DNA of 64,000 bases from the human T2T-CHM13v2.0 reference genome, Homo sapiens: the NCBI RefSeq assembly GCF_009914755.1, contig NC_060930.1, one strand, 5' to 3'. Shown piece by piece: positions 1 to 17,877 of the stretch. Under the pieces are notes generated by a model. It saw only the letters and a list, made by a program, of their open reading frames with translations. It had not been told where the DNA came from and searched no databases. How positions within the stretch are numbered: position 1 is the first letter of the stretch; the number at the start of each line of letters is the position of its first letter. Made by a program: the position numbers and the translations under genes.

Positions 1-608
1 TTTGGCAATGCCATCTCCTTTTGTAGTTTTTGACGGTTTTTCATAGAGATAGTGGAGTTCCTACTCAGATTACTGGAAAATGACAAATCTTATTCATTTT
101 AGTTCCCATACTTTCTTTTTTTTTAATAATTTTTATTTTTTATTCTTATTTATTTATTTTTATTTTATTTATTTATTTATTTTTTGAGACAGTCTCACAC
201 TGTCGCCCGGGCTGGAGTGCAGTGGCGCGATCTCGCTCACTGCAACCTCTGCCTCCTGGGTTCAAGCAATTCTCTTGCCTCAGCCTCCTGAGTAGCTGGG
301 AATTACCGGCGCCCCACCACCACGCCCAGCTAATTTTTTGTATTTTTAGTAGAGACGGGGTTTCACCATGTTGGCCAGGCTGGTCTCAAACTCCTGACCT
401 CATGATCTGCCCGCCTCAGCCTCCCAAAGTGCTGGGATTACAGGCATGAGCCACGGGGCCTGGCCTCCCATACTTTCTTTCTACTTCCTTTTCTCTCTTC
501 TGCCTCATCTTCCATCCATCCCTGAGAGCATATAGCCCAGAATTTAACACTCTGGGAGCCCTGAAAACATATTAACCAACGTAGTTCACTTGATTGATGA
601 TCAGGTAG

Positions 609-1055
<447 letters not shown>

Positions 1056-1954
1056 TAGTAGAGTCGGTGTTTCACTGTGTTAGCCAGGATGGTCTCGATC
1101 TCCTGACCTCGTAATCCGCCCACCTCGGCCTCCCACAGTGCTGGGATGACAGGTGTGAGCCACCACACCCGGCTCCAAGGCATTTTCTGTCAAGGGTCAA
1201 ACTGCAGTTCTATTCTCTCATCTAAAGTAGTGGTGATCACTGGGTGAATGGAAGATGTTCATGTCCTCTTGGGTTAGGATGAAAGACCTGTCTTCTGGGA
1301 GAGTTTTCTGTCCTGTAACAGCTCTTGCTCTTTAGAAAAATGTATAGGGCAAAGGTTTATTATTCAAACGTGAAGTTATTTACACTCTGGGATTCACTCT
1401 GGCTTTTTAGTGAGGTTTTGAATCCTTTGCATCATATTTAATATCACTAAAATAGGATATTTTTGTGAAACTGTTTGATCCTTCCCCTCAGTTTCCATTT
1501 GTGTGTTCTCTTTCTTCCCGTCTTGATAGGCACAGGCACTCAGAATCACTGGGCCAGAAAGAAGTAAGAGAGTAGGCCGGGCACGGTGGCTCATGCCTGT
1601 AATCCCAGCACTTTGGGAAGCCAAGGCGGGCAGATCACGAGGTTATGAGATCAAGACCATCCTGGCTAACACGGTGAAACACCATCTCTACTAAAAATAC
1701 AAAAAAAATAATTAGCCGGGCGTGATGGTGGGCGCCTGTAATCCCAGCTACTTGGGAGGCTGAGGCAGGAGAATGGCGTGACCTGGGAGGCGGAGCTTGC
1801 AGTGATCAGAGATCGAGCCACTGCACTCCAGCCTGGGCGACAAAGTGAAACTCCGTCTCAGGAAAAAAAAAAAAAAAAAGAGAGAGAGTAAGGGAACATC
1901 TTTCGTTAATAAACCCTCTCTATTGCTCCCCACACACAATCCTAGTTTGGTTGC

Positions 1955-2296
1955 TGTCTTCGTCTGTTTCAGCTGCCATAACAAAATCTCTTGCACCGGG
2001 TAACTTATGAACAACAGAAATGTATTTCTGACAGTTCTGGAGGCCGGGAAATCCAAGATTAAGGCACTGGCAGATTCAGTGTCTGGTGAGGGCTGGCTTC
2101 CTCATAGACTGCCATCTGCCATCTGCGATCTAGCTGTGTCTTCACATGGTGGAAGGGCAAACAAGCTCCCTGGGGCCTCTTTTAGAAGGGCACTAATCTC
2201 ATTTGCAAAAGTCCCCACCACTTAATACCACATTGCATTGGGGATTAGGTTTCAGAACATGAATTTTGGGGGAACACAAACATTCAGACCATAGCA
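1955..2296 (-). mobile_element. MaLR solo LTR (MLT1/MST type)
   Basis: TGTCTT... start, 'ggggaacacaaacattcagaccatagca' end typical of antisense MaLR LTRs. Confidence 0.75.
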
Positions 2297-2831
2297 GTTG
2301 TACATTCTTGGCAGTTCTGGCCTTGGTTTATTGTGCCAATAAAAGTAAGCTCGTGAAGCTATTTCTATCATGTCTTTACAGGCATGTACAGGTGAGCCCA
2401 GTTTGGGAGTCACAAAACTTCAGTGAAATTAAAAAGCCACACTATGAGTACCTGCACTAGCACTTACCACTCTCACACACAAGAATCCCTGAGGCAGTGG
2501 GGATCCTACCCCTGTCTCAGGAGTGCACAGAGCCAATAACCAAATTACAACATTGACATTGTGAAGTTGCCTCTAGAAATAATTTCTCAATAAGTACACC
2601 TTTATATAATAAGTGAATGAACACAATGTAATTAAATGCTAGATTAACCTAAGAAACAAAAAGGAAAATAGCTTCTTTGTCCGTTCATCTACAGGATAAT
2701 GAGGTCATGTTAAAAGACTTAGAAAAGGTTCAGTTCTCCTGCCGGGCGCCGTGGCTCATGCCTTTAATCCCAGCACTTTGGGAGGCCTAGGCGGGCGGAT
2801 CACCTGAGATCAGGAGTTTGAGACCAGCCTA

Positions 2832-3154
<323 letters not shown>

Positions 3155-3850
3155 TCATACTAATCTGAAAAACGTATGCATCATAATGTGTGTATATAAT
3201 TGGTTGCTAGGGGATTTGTTTGTTCATTTTGCTGCAATAGATTTCTGTCTCTCGTCATATTCTGTTCAAGTACCTAAAATGATTGCTCACTTATTCGAAG
3301 CACACTAATGAAATAATACTCAGAGTAAAAGGATATATCACCCAGATTTTTCTATTAGAAGCTACACAATACTCAAAAATCTATCATTTAATATGTGTAT
3401 GCAGGTCTAAAGCCCATAATAAGCAAAAATATATTTTCACGTTAAATGTATGGCTATTTACACTAGATGAGGTAAAGAAAGACTATAAATAGCTTCACAT
3501 CTCGTTTTGTCACAGAATGAATGCAAGTCAGGCCAGGCTTTGCCGCCAAATGAGTTACAAAATTTTGGTTTTCAGAGTATTGTGAATTTTGGAATTGCAG
3601 AAAAGGATATGTGAAACTGTTTATAAACATGAGAAGATGTTTACAGATAGATGTTTTAGAAGTCAAATGAACAAATCTGAAGCAACAGACTAGAAATTCT
3701 ATTCATGGAAATATGATAAAAATGCCAGTAAGAGGGCTGGGCGTGGTGGCTCACACCTATAATCCTAGCACTTTGGGAGGCCGAGGCGGGTGGGTCGCTT
3801 GAACTGGAGTCCGAGACCAGCCTGGGCAACATGGCGAAACCCCATCTCTA

Positions 3851-4123
<273 letters not shown>

Positions 4124-7100
4124 TCACATCCATGACCCTATTACAGCAGGTCAGATTAATCTTACCCTAGTCCAGAGAACCACGGGAACCACTGAGTCCT
4201 AGTGGAGGGAAAGCCTGGAACAGATGTGAAGCAAGCTTGGCTTTTAGCAATTGAGAGTAAACAAACACCTGCTGAGTTTACTCTTCCTTGCCTGTCTTTC
4301 TAAGCCATCACTCTGAAGACCTAAAAAGCAGACATGACTCATACACACCTTCAGATGCTTTCAGTATTTGTTACACCTAGATCTGTGCAGAAACTGAATA
4401 CCTTATTGGTGCATAATTTACAAAGAATTCTCACATTAGCTCTTCTAATTCTTTCTGTTGTTTCTATATGATAATATCTCCATTTGTCAGATAGGAAAAC
4501 TGAAGCTCAGAAAGTTTGAATGAACTTCATAAGATCACACAGCCAATAAATACCAGAGCTTGGCCTCAAAGTCAAGTCTCAGGTCCTTCTGCCCTTCACT
4601 AACAGTGCTCCAGCCATGGTCGTCTGACTGCTGTTCTTTAAACTTCCTTAACTTTCAACTCAGAAACCAAACACACCCAGCTCCCTCTGCCTGGGCGTGG
4701 TGCTCTGTTCAGCCTCCTCACCCCACACCCATGTTGCTAACAGCTTAAATGGCACCTCCTCAGTAAAGCCTCCCCTGAATTCCCCAGACTTAGAACACTG
4801 TTTCCCCAATCCCACTAGCCACTCTCATATATGGCATACTGTAGTCGTTGTTTTGTTTGTTTGTTTTTTAGAAAGAGAGAGAGAGAGAAAGAAAAGAAGA
4901 AACGAAAGAAAAGAAAAAAAGAAAAGAAAAGAAAATCAAAATCCATGTGGGTGTGGTGGCTCATGCCTGTAATCCCAGCACTTTGGGAGGCCGAGGCAGG
5001 CAGATAGCTGAGGTCAGGAGTTCCAGACCAGCCTGACCAATATGGTGAAACCCCGTCTCTACTAAAAATACAAAAATTAGCTGGGGGTGGTGGTGCATGC
5101 TAAAGGGAAGGGAAGGGGAAGGGGAAGGGAGAGAGGAAGGAAGGGAGGGAGGAAGGAAGGAAGGAACTTATCTCCGTCTGGGTAACATGAGGAGACCCTG
5201 TCTCTAACAAAAATTAAAAATATTAGCCGAGTGTGGTGGCATGAGCCTGTAGTCCCAGCTACTTGGGAGGCTGAGGCAGGAGGATCGATTTAGCCTAGGA
5301 AGTCAAGGTCAGTAAGCTGCGATCATGCCAATGCACTCCAGCCTGGGTGACAGAGAGAGATTCTGTCTCAAAATAAAAATAAAACCACAAAACTTATCTC
5401 AGTGGTAATTAAGGTAACTGTGGAATCGTGTATTTACATTTGCCTTCCTGACCAGACCATAAACTCCAGGAGGGCAGGGATTTTGACTATGTGGCTCATT
5501 TTATCCCACTAAAAGAGCTACATATTTTCTGACTCAGAGATGAGTTTCATTCCATTGTACAGAATGATCACACCAGTTTCCAAGTCTATTAATCTAGCGG
5601 TCTCTGTTGTTTGTTGAAGACCTACTAGGTATTGGTAAAATGGGTTGCTTTGTTCCATGGGCCATAATAGTGACACATTCTAAACACATTTAAGTCATTC
5701 CACCCTATAAGTTACAGGATAATAATAATAATAGCATTTATTTTACTATAACCAGTTTTGGGCTGTGTGTTTTACTTGGATTGTCTCACTTGCTCCTTAT
5801 AGCATTCTCTGATATAGATATTAGTCTTCCCATTTACAAAATGGGAAAACTGAAACTCAAACATGTTTAATAATCTGCACAGTGTCTCACATGTAACAAG
5901 CCAACATGAGATTAGTGATTCCAAAGACCCTGCTCAGCCCAATGACAAGATGTGGAAAGCACCCTCAAGGCACCCAGGGGTCTCTCTCCCTGAGAGTCCT
6001 GTGCATATCAGCAATGCTGCTAAGGATTAAATCACTGCGGTTATCACTATGTGGGTAAGATTTCTGTTAGTAGAAGATCCAGAAGATTCACCCTGCCATA
6101 GAGCAGGGGGCCTTGGCTGAGCCATAGGCAGAATCACTCTCCAAAAAGACTTACCAGTGTTTATCTGAATATTTTCTTTTAGCAATAACTTTACTTACTT
6201 GCGTTATTTGTAGGTGCTGCCATTTTGCTGTCCATGATGCTACTATGCTCAGTACCCTTACTGTACTGCCCAGTAGCCCTTACCATTAGCAAACTAAAGC
6301 TTCCTCACCAGCATTAGACCTGGCAAGACCTCTGTGCATCCCCCACCACCCATGAGTATTTTGATAGCATTGCAAGTATAATCTCTGGTGCATGCACAAA
6401 TTCTGCTCCACATAGCAGCGCTAATGGTGGCCCACATCGGGAATAGGAGTAGAGCAAGATGTTACCAGGAAGAGGGCCTTACTTCTCTTCTCTCTCTTCT
6501 CGCTGCTTTTTTGTTTGTTTGTTTGTTTGTTTGGTTTGTTTTGTTTTTTAGATGGAGTCTTGCTCCATTGCCCAGGCGAGTGTAGTGGCGCAATCTCAGT
6601 TCACTGCAACCTCTGCCTCCCAGGCCTGTCCCAGCCTCCCGAGTAGCTGGGACTACAGATGCCTGCCACCACGCCTGGCTAATTTTTGTGTTTTTAGTAG
6701 AGGTGGGGATTCACCTTGTTGGTCGGGCTAATCTCAAACTCCTGACCTCAGGTGATTCACACGCCTTGACCTCTCAAAGTGCTGGGATTATAGGCATGAG
6801 CCACTACGTTCAGCCATTCGCTGCTCTTAAGAAAGTACTTTTCCAAAGATCATTCTCCTTGGTCTTATCTTAAGATCCTGCTATGAAATAGGGACACGGG
6901 TGGAAAATTTTCACCTGTGCCTGCAGCAAACTTTCATTCTGTCTGAATAATTATAAGTAGGATGGGGGAGGGGAGAAGAAAAAGAAAGAGACCATGATCT
7001 GAAGAACCTTAACTGTTCCCCTGTTATCCCTGGTTACTGTCAAGCAGCTAGCAGGCTAGGCTAGGTGGGGTATCTTCTTTAACTCTACTCCTGCATTAGC

Positions 7101-7273
7101 TGTTCTAAATCCTAGAACTCATGCCCTGTTTGAAATTTCTTTCCCTATGCCCAACTCAAGTGATGCCATCCTATTTTCTATTTTCCACCATGGGAAAAAT
7201 GGAAAATAACAGGAGAAATGTATTAAGAAAGCATTCTTGAATTTGATTTTGTTAACTTTTTTTTTTTTTTTAA

Positions 7274-7468
<195 letters not shown>

Positions 7469-7746
7469 TGAACTCCTGACCTCAAGTGATCCTCCCACCT
7501 CGGCCTCCCAAAGTGCTGGGATTACAAGCATAAGCCACCACCCCCGGCCTGAATTTGTTAACTTCTTACCAACATTTTACAAAGAAGATTGAAGGTAATG
7601 TGGGTTCTAAGACTGAAGAGTACAAGGTAAGCTGGTGGTTAATGGGGAGGAGGGATGATGGATGAACTGGTCAGGGAAGAGGATGAAATGGCTCAAAATA
7701 GAGGTACAAATAGAATGGGCTGGGCTCCTCCAACCATTCCTTGTGA

Positions 7747-7881
<135 letters not shown>

Positions 7882-8005
7882 TGAGTAGCTGGGAATGCAG
7901 ATGCGATCTCGGCTCACTGCAACTTCCACCTGGGTTCAAGTGATTCTCCTGCCTCAGCCTTCTGAGTAGCTGGGAATGCAGGCGTGTGCCACCACACATG
8001 GCTAA

Positions 8006-8134
<129 letters not shown>

Positions 8135-8494
8135 TGACCTATTTTTACTTTTTTAAAAGACAGGTCTCACTCTATTGCCCAGGCTGCTCTTGAACTCCCG
8201 GCCTCAACCAATTCTTCCTGCTCAGCCTCCTGAGTAGTTGGGACTACAGCACTCACAACTGTGCCTGACCCTTCTCTTAATTTTAACTCCTGAGTGATTT
8301 TCTTCTCTGGACCCCAAGGAGTCATGATATCTCTAAATTATATCCTGAAGTTATTTCAACTTTAGAAAATAAAGTTTTAGGCCTGGTTCAGTGGCTGACA
8401 CCTGTAATCCCAATACTTTGGGAGGCTGAGGCAGGCAGATTGCTTGAGCCCAGGAGTTTGAAGCTAACATGGCAAAACCCCATCTCTATCAAAA

Positions 8495-8526
<32 letters not shown>

Positions 8527-8703
8527 GAAAAAAGGCTAGGCGCGGTGGCTCACACCTGTAATCCCAGCACTTTGGGAGGCTAAGGTGGGCAGATCACGAG
8601 GTCAGGAGTTCGAGAACAGCCTGACCAACATAGTGAAACCCTGTCTCTATTAAAAATACTAAAATTAGCCAGGTGTGGTGGTGGACACCTGTAATCCCAG
8701 CTA

Positions 8704-8811
<108 letters not shown>

Positions 8812-8884
8812 TCAAATAAAAAAGAAAAGAAAAAAAAGATCTTGGAATGCTTTTTTTCTGCCTGTGTATTGATATTATTCTTAA

Positions 8885-9151
<267 letters not shown>

Positions 9152-9371
9152 TAAAGTACTGGGATTACAGGGGTGAGCCACCATGCCTGGCCCAGAAAAT
9201 ATTATTGTTATTTAATATGACCTGCCATAACTACCATTAAAAGTAGTACAGGTGTGCAAAAGAAACTTATCTGGCTATGGCTGGGCGCGGTGCTCACGCC
9301 TGTAATCCCAGCACTTTGGGAGGCTGAGGCAGACTGATCATGAGGTCAGGAGATCAAGACCATCCTGGCTA

Positions 9372-9578
<207 letters not shown>

Positions 9579-11333
9579 TTACCTGGTTGTAAGATTTTTT
9601 TCTCATTTAGTCAATAAATATTTATGGAATAGGGCAGTTTGGGATCACACACATGAGCTAAGCATGATGTCAGCCTTCATAGCTCCTACAATGTGGTATG
9701 GTGATTTTTTTTTCTTTTTGAGATGGGAGTCTCACTGTGTCAACCAGCCTCAAACAGTCCTTCCATCTCAGCCTCCCAAGTACCTGGGACTACAGGTGCA
9801 TGCCACCATGCCCAGCTACTTTTTTGTATTTTTGATAGAAACAGGGTTTTGCCATGTTGGCCAGGCTGATCTCAAATTCCTTTCCTCAAGTGATCCGCCT
9901 GCCTTGGCCTCCAAGAGTGCTGGGATTACAGGCATGAGCCACTGCACCCAGCCAATGATTTTAAAACTGGAATACAGAAAGAGAAGAAGAAAGTCATGCT
10001 CCATCTTTATTATTTAAAAATCAGAACAGATACACATATTTGTTGTGAGCACTAATTAAAATATCCTTAAAGTTTCCTTACCTTGGAGTGGAATTATTTG
10101 CATATGTATACACATGATGCTGACTTTAGAAGAAAAGTTACAAGTTAAAACACGTTTGATTAATAAAAGAAAAAGAAATAAATTATACATAAATTTAGCT
10201 TTGTTGCTGAAAATCACCTCTCCAAACATAGAGTTCAGGTTGGGGCAAATAAAAAATTGCATAAAACAAAAAGGCTAAGAAATGGTACAAAAAACTCAGA
10301 GAACCACTACTTCACGTTTCCCAATAAAGCATCTTTTATATTTATAAAAGTTAAGCCTGCATATCTCTGCCCCCAATTGCAGCAGAAACACCTGAAAAAG
10401 AATGCCAGTCTGGTCTTGCTCTGACAATGGTTTTCTGACTGACCTTGAGCCTGTCACAACCCGTCTGGCCTCAATTTCATCAACTGTAAAATAAGAATAA
10501 AACTATTTGATATCTTTAACTCACATACTATTGTGAGAAATAAATACAATCATAGACAAATGTTTTCAGAATGTGAAAATGCTATAGGAACACACTTTTT
10601 CTCCAGTGGCTGGCATAAAAGTGTTGGTATGCTATACCACCAAGTCATTAGATATGAGTTAATTTCTGGATTACTGTTTCAGTAAGAATAAGCTCTACAC
10701 AACTTCAGCAAGTGATGTTGGTATGTCATCCACAAAGTTCTGTCACCCTATTCCATAGCATACCCCTGTTGAACTTCCCACATCCCTGTCTTCCCTTAGC
10801 TTCCTGTATCCAACCTCAGCGCAATAGCTCAGTTTGACCATTAGATGGTACCAGTTACAAGGCAAACTTAGGTCCCTTCAGAAACTGAGCATTTCTAAAA
10901 AGCAAATATTTTTTCAGGTTTGTTTGTAACTTAAACAACAAAAAAATCATTATTTTAAAGGCCATATGCTCACTGTGAAAATATATCAGGTGGTGTATGA
11001 AATAATAAGTAAATTATCTGCCGGGCGCGGTGGCTCACGCTTGTGATCCCAGCACTTTGGGAGGCCTAGGCGGGCAGGCAGATCACGAGGTCAGGAGTTG
11101 GAGACAAGCCTGGCCAACACAGTGAAACCCTGTCTCTACTAAAAATACAAAAATTAGGCCGGGCGCGGTGGCTCACGCCTGTAATCCCCGCACTTTGGGA
11201 GGCCGAGGCGAGCGGATCACGAGGTCAGGAGATCGAGATCATCCTGGCTAACACGACGAAACCCCGTCTACTTAAAAAAAAATACAAAAATTAGCCGAGG
11301 GTGGTGGCGGGCGCCTGAAATCCCAGCTACTCA

Positions 11334-11426
<93 letters not shown>

Positions 11427-11906
11427 TCAAAAAAAAAAAAAAAGTCAAAAATACTAATAAAAATACTAATCTCGTAGTTAACAGATTGCTGTGACCTAGA
11501 GCAAGTAAAGGTGTAATTATCAGCCTATAGGGGTTAGAGTGGCAAGAAGATGCCTGAGGGTGAGCCTACAGCCTAAAAGATAATAGAATACAAAGGCTGA
11601 AGACCTACAGGCAGGGATTCTTTGTCATTCATTCTTTCAGCAAACTTATTCTAATATGTATCCCTCACTATTCAATGCCCAGGAGGGCACAGGGAAAATA
11701 AGACGAAGTCCTGCCCTCACTGGCTAACATTCTAAGCACAGGTGCTGCACAAGAGGTGTTATGTTTTTTGGGGGAGCCAGACACAGGCCTAAGCACTTTA
11801 TGTACCTTGTCTCATTTAATCCTCACATCAGCACCACGAGGTGACAGAATTATCATTTTGCAGTTAAATAAATTGATATTTCTTCATGGCCAGGTGCAGT
11901 GGCTCA

Positions 11907-12167
<261 letters not shown>

Positions 12168-12779
12168 TCAAAAAAAAAAAAAAAAAAAGAGAGATTTCTT
12201 TAAGCTCTTTGCCTAGGGTCACAGGTCTTTCCACAGGACCGTAGACTAGAGTCAGATGTGTTCCTCAATCAATTAGGAAAGGGTGGTGCTGGAATTTGCA
12301 TCTGAGTATTCCAAGCTTCTATATTCTCATATTCTGGAATGAGGATATTATGAGTCCTGAAACAACTCTAGAAATTCTAGGCTACATAATTATCCCTCCA
12401 TAACGTGTTCTCTGCCAGAATAATAATGAAAAAAAAGTACTGTGGTGGCCAGACCCCAAGATGATTGGCGAAGTGAAAGTTGCCCAGTTCCAAAATGGCC
12501 ACCACCGCACTTTCCTGGCGTCGGAGCGACTACGTAGTGACAGAAGGACCATCAGCAGGTGGGTGCTCACAGGGACTGTGCCAGTTGCCAAACTGGCCAC
12601 CTGGGCCTTTCTTCTCCTGAGCAACAGCCAAGCAACATTATAGGCTTCAGGCCTACCTAGCCCAGGCTGGGTTAAAGCAGATAAACGAAGCGGACAGCGG
12701 AGGAAAAGCACGTAACCAAGTGCAGTGGGTCTGAAGCGAAAGGCAAGAAAAGCTCTGCCCTTAGGAACGGGGTGTCACT

Positions 12780-13375
12780 GCGCGGCTCGCAGGCACCTCT
12801 CTTTGACCTATTTATAATCTGCGCCTTATTCTCCGCCCCCAAAGGCTGCTGGCAACCAATTCTCGGTGGCGAAGTCGTGACGTCAGCTGTTGCGGGTCAG
12901 ATTGGGAGAGCTTCCTGGTCCTTACCTAGCAAGATTCTGCCGCTAGGTGGCGAAAAGCGAAGGGGCCAAAGAAATGGAAAGAAGGCGAGGAAAAGCGGGA
13001 GAAGATGGGGAAGGAAAATGTATATTCTTGTATCATCCTACAGCTAGGCAAAAATATTAGGATAATGTGGCCTAACCTCCAGTTCTATGTTGGCTGGAAA
13101 ATCCAGGAATGGGAAGCTCACTCCCGTAGTTCCCACTCATTCCCACCACGGTTGGACAGCTCTGAAGGAGGGAAAATTCTTTCTTTTGAGCTGAAATCTG
13201 CCTTCAGAGTCTTGCACCCAACTGTTCTACCCCACGGGGACCTACAGAACAGCCCAAAGCCTCTTACGCAGGACAACCCATAGCAGTTTGATTAAAATCA
13301 GCGCAAACCCATTCCCATTTGGTGAGGGGGGAGGGGGAGGGGCAAGCCTCAGTGCCTGACTCACTTGACTCACAA
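12780..13375. promoter_or_regulatory. Orphan promoter/enhancer-like module
   Basis: CTATTTATAA 12808-17 (MEF2 site; TATAAATA on - strand), GC box 12831-40, RFX-like GCTGCTGGCAAC 12845-56, CCAAT 12856-60, CRE TGACGTCA 12878-85, ATTGG 12901-05, CTCF motif 12937-55, two AP-1 TGACTCA (13357, 13366), local CpG enrichment. Confidence 0.7.
12937..12955 (+). promoter_or_regulatory. CTCF motif (forward)
   Basis: CTGCCGCTAGGTGGCGAAA versus core CCASYAGRKGGCR. Confidence 0.7.
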
Positions 13376-13919
13376 GAAGCTGAATGTTTTTCCTTTTGAA
13401 AGATAAAAATATTGGTGAATCTCAGACTAACAATAGGGAATACACAAAAATGGAAAAAATGTTGATAGATAAAATTTAAACCTTTGGTAGAACATAATTA
13501 GTTTTTTGTTCTCTACATTTTTCCATATCGTTTCTAATTTTTCTACACTGTATGTGTTACTTAAAGAAATAAACCAGTAGGCCAGGCGCGGTGGCTCACG
13601 CCTGTAATCCCAGCACTTTGGGAGGCCGAGGCGGGCGGATCACGAGGTCAGGAGATCGAGACCATCCTGGCTAATACGGTGAAACCCCGTCTCTACTAAA
13701 AAAATACAAAAAATTAGCCAGGCATGGTGACGCACCCCTGTAATCCCAGCTACTCAGGAGGCTGAGGCAGGAGAATGGCGTGAACCCGGGAGGCGGAGCT
13801 TGCAGTGAGCCGAGATCGTGTCACTGCACTCCAGACTGGGCGACAGAGCAAGACTCTGTCTCAAAAAAAAAAAAAAAAAGAAAAAGAAATAAACCAGTAT
13901 GGCCGGGCGCGGTGGCTCA

Positions 13920-14246
<327 letters not shown>

Positions 14247-14500
14247 TCACCACAGCACCCATGCTCACACATGCTACAGGCGCTCACTTGCTGGGAGCTG
14301 CCTCACATTGATTCGGATCAGTGTTCTCATTTCTCCGACCTACCTAGGAAGCATCTGGCTAAATTGATGTAAATTAGACATTTTATAGTCTATCGGTCAT
14401 TGAGCCTCAGTGGAATATCTAGACCAATTTAAACACACAAATATTATGGGAAATAGGGCCACAAAAGTAGAAAAGAAAACGTGAATTCCTCTTTATATTT

Positions 14501-14519
14501 ATGCCACTAGAGGGAGTTC
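14501..14519 (+). promoter_or_regulatory. CTCF-like motif (forward)
   Basis: ATGCCACTAGAGGGAGTTC, one core mismatch. Confidence 0.45.
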
Positions 14520-14778
14520 CAGAAGAAAATCACTGCATGTAAGGGCTAATGACTGTATTTACTGAGTGGTTACTGTGTACCATTCACAGTTCACAGGGAC
14601 TCATTCATGTCATTCTCATGATAACCCTGATGAAGTGGATGATATTATTCCCTCACTCACTAAGGAGAAAGCCAGGGTACAGTGAAGTATACAACTTTGT
14701 GCAGGGCAATTTATCAATATTTATTGAAATTACCAAAAAACATGCTCTCTGAACAAACTATTCTACCAGTGTAGAAAG

Positions 14779-15822
<1,044 letters not shown>

Positions 15823-16329
15823 GTAGACTGATATTCATTGCCAAATTATATGTAAGAGCAAAAAGGTTGAAAATGATGGCCTGACATTGATCAATTTGTG
15901 CCTTTAGGTAACATATAACTGTAATATAACTGCAATACAACTAGAATATAACTCATAAAGGCAAGAATCTTGTCTGCCTTGCTGAAAGTTTTATAATCAG
16001 GGCCTAATATAAAGTATGACACATAGCACTTGCTTTTAAATATGTATTGATTTAAATTAATTGAGTACATTTTTGCTTCATCCTAGTAAAAATAGGTATT
16101 TAAAAAACTGAAACAGTCTAAATGTCTTGGGATGCTACTTAAATAACTATATTATATTCATCCAATAAAATATTGTAAGCTGTTTAAAAATAACAAGGAT
16201 GTTCTTTAGGTACTGATAAGGAAAGAGCTTCAAGATAAATTGTTACCATTTATGTAAAACAGGTGGGAGAAGGGAGAGGGAGGGATGTGTGAGCGCTACT
16301 TGCAGTACTCACAGGCAGTGACTTTCGTG

Positions 16330-16348
16330 GAGCGCCCTCTAGTGGTAT
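16330..16348 (-). promoter_or_regulatory. CTCF motif (reverse)
   Basis: Minus strand ACCACTAGAGGGCGCT, perfect core. Confidence 0.75.
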
Positions 16349-17348
16349 ATATATACAAACGGAAGGATTTAGAGAAAATACAGATCGGCTTTAGCTGGCT
16401 GAGATTTATTTTCAAAGCATGTTACTTTATAAGAATCAATTTTTATTTAAAAAATTTTTTTGAGATAGGGTCTCACTCTGTCGCACAGGTTGGAGTGCAG
16501 CAGCACGATCAGTGCTCACTGCAGCCTCTCTCTCTTGGGCTCAACAGGTGCATGTCACCACGTCCAGCTAACAATCAATTTTCAAAAGTACAAAAAAGCC
16601 ATATTATGTATTAATGTGGAATTATGAATTAAGTAGACAACAAGAATCAAAACAGGGTGTCTATTATCACTTCTGATAACATAAATAATGTAAAGATACA
16701 TATTTTACAGATTATCTGTAAAAGCTTATACAGTACTGTTGCTGGGTATTTATGTAGGAAAGCTACCATTTATTGAATGCTTACTATTTCACATATGGAC
16801 AGCATAGAGCATGTTAAAAAATTACCACACACATTTACTGTATTCAATGTGTCACTCTGAATATATTACTGTGTACATGGTCTGTCATTGGACATGGTGA
16901 GAGATGCAGATTAAGCTGAAATTACTGAGGACAGCAACACTGGAAGAAAATTGAGCTGGGTGTAGTGGCTCAGCCTGTAATTCCAACATTTCAGAAGGCT
17001 GAGGCAGGAGGATCACTTGAGTCCAGGAGTTTGAGACCAAGGGAAAGAAAAGAAAAGAAGCTTTCATTTAGCCAGGCATGCTGGCACATACCTGTAGTTT
17101 CAGCTACTCAGGAGGTTGAGGCATAAGGTTCACTTAAAGTTGAGAGGTAAAGGCTGCAGTGAGCCCTGATCACGCCACTGCTCTCCAGCCTGTGACAGAG
17201 AGAGACCCTGTCTCAAAAACGAGAAAGAAAGAAAAAAAGAGGCAACTCAAGAACTCAGGAATACTTGCAGGATCTCATAACATATGCTATACAAAATCAA
17301 TTAAAATAATATTTAAATGCTGAAAGAAATGAGCAGCTCCCAGGGTGA

Positions 17349-17877
<529 letters not shown>

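Noticed and set aside
12382-12711. 109-aa minus-strand ORF downstream of the orphan promoter
   Set aside because: Non-ATG start and no recognizable homology; cannot be supported as coding
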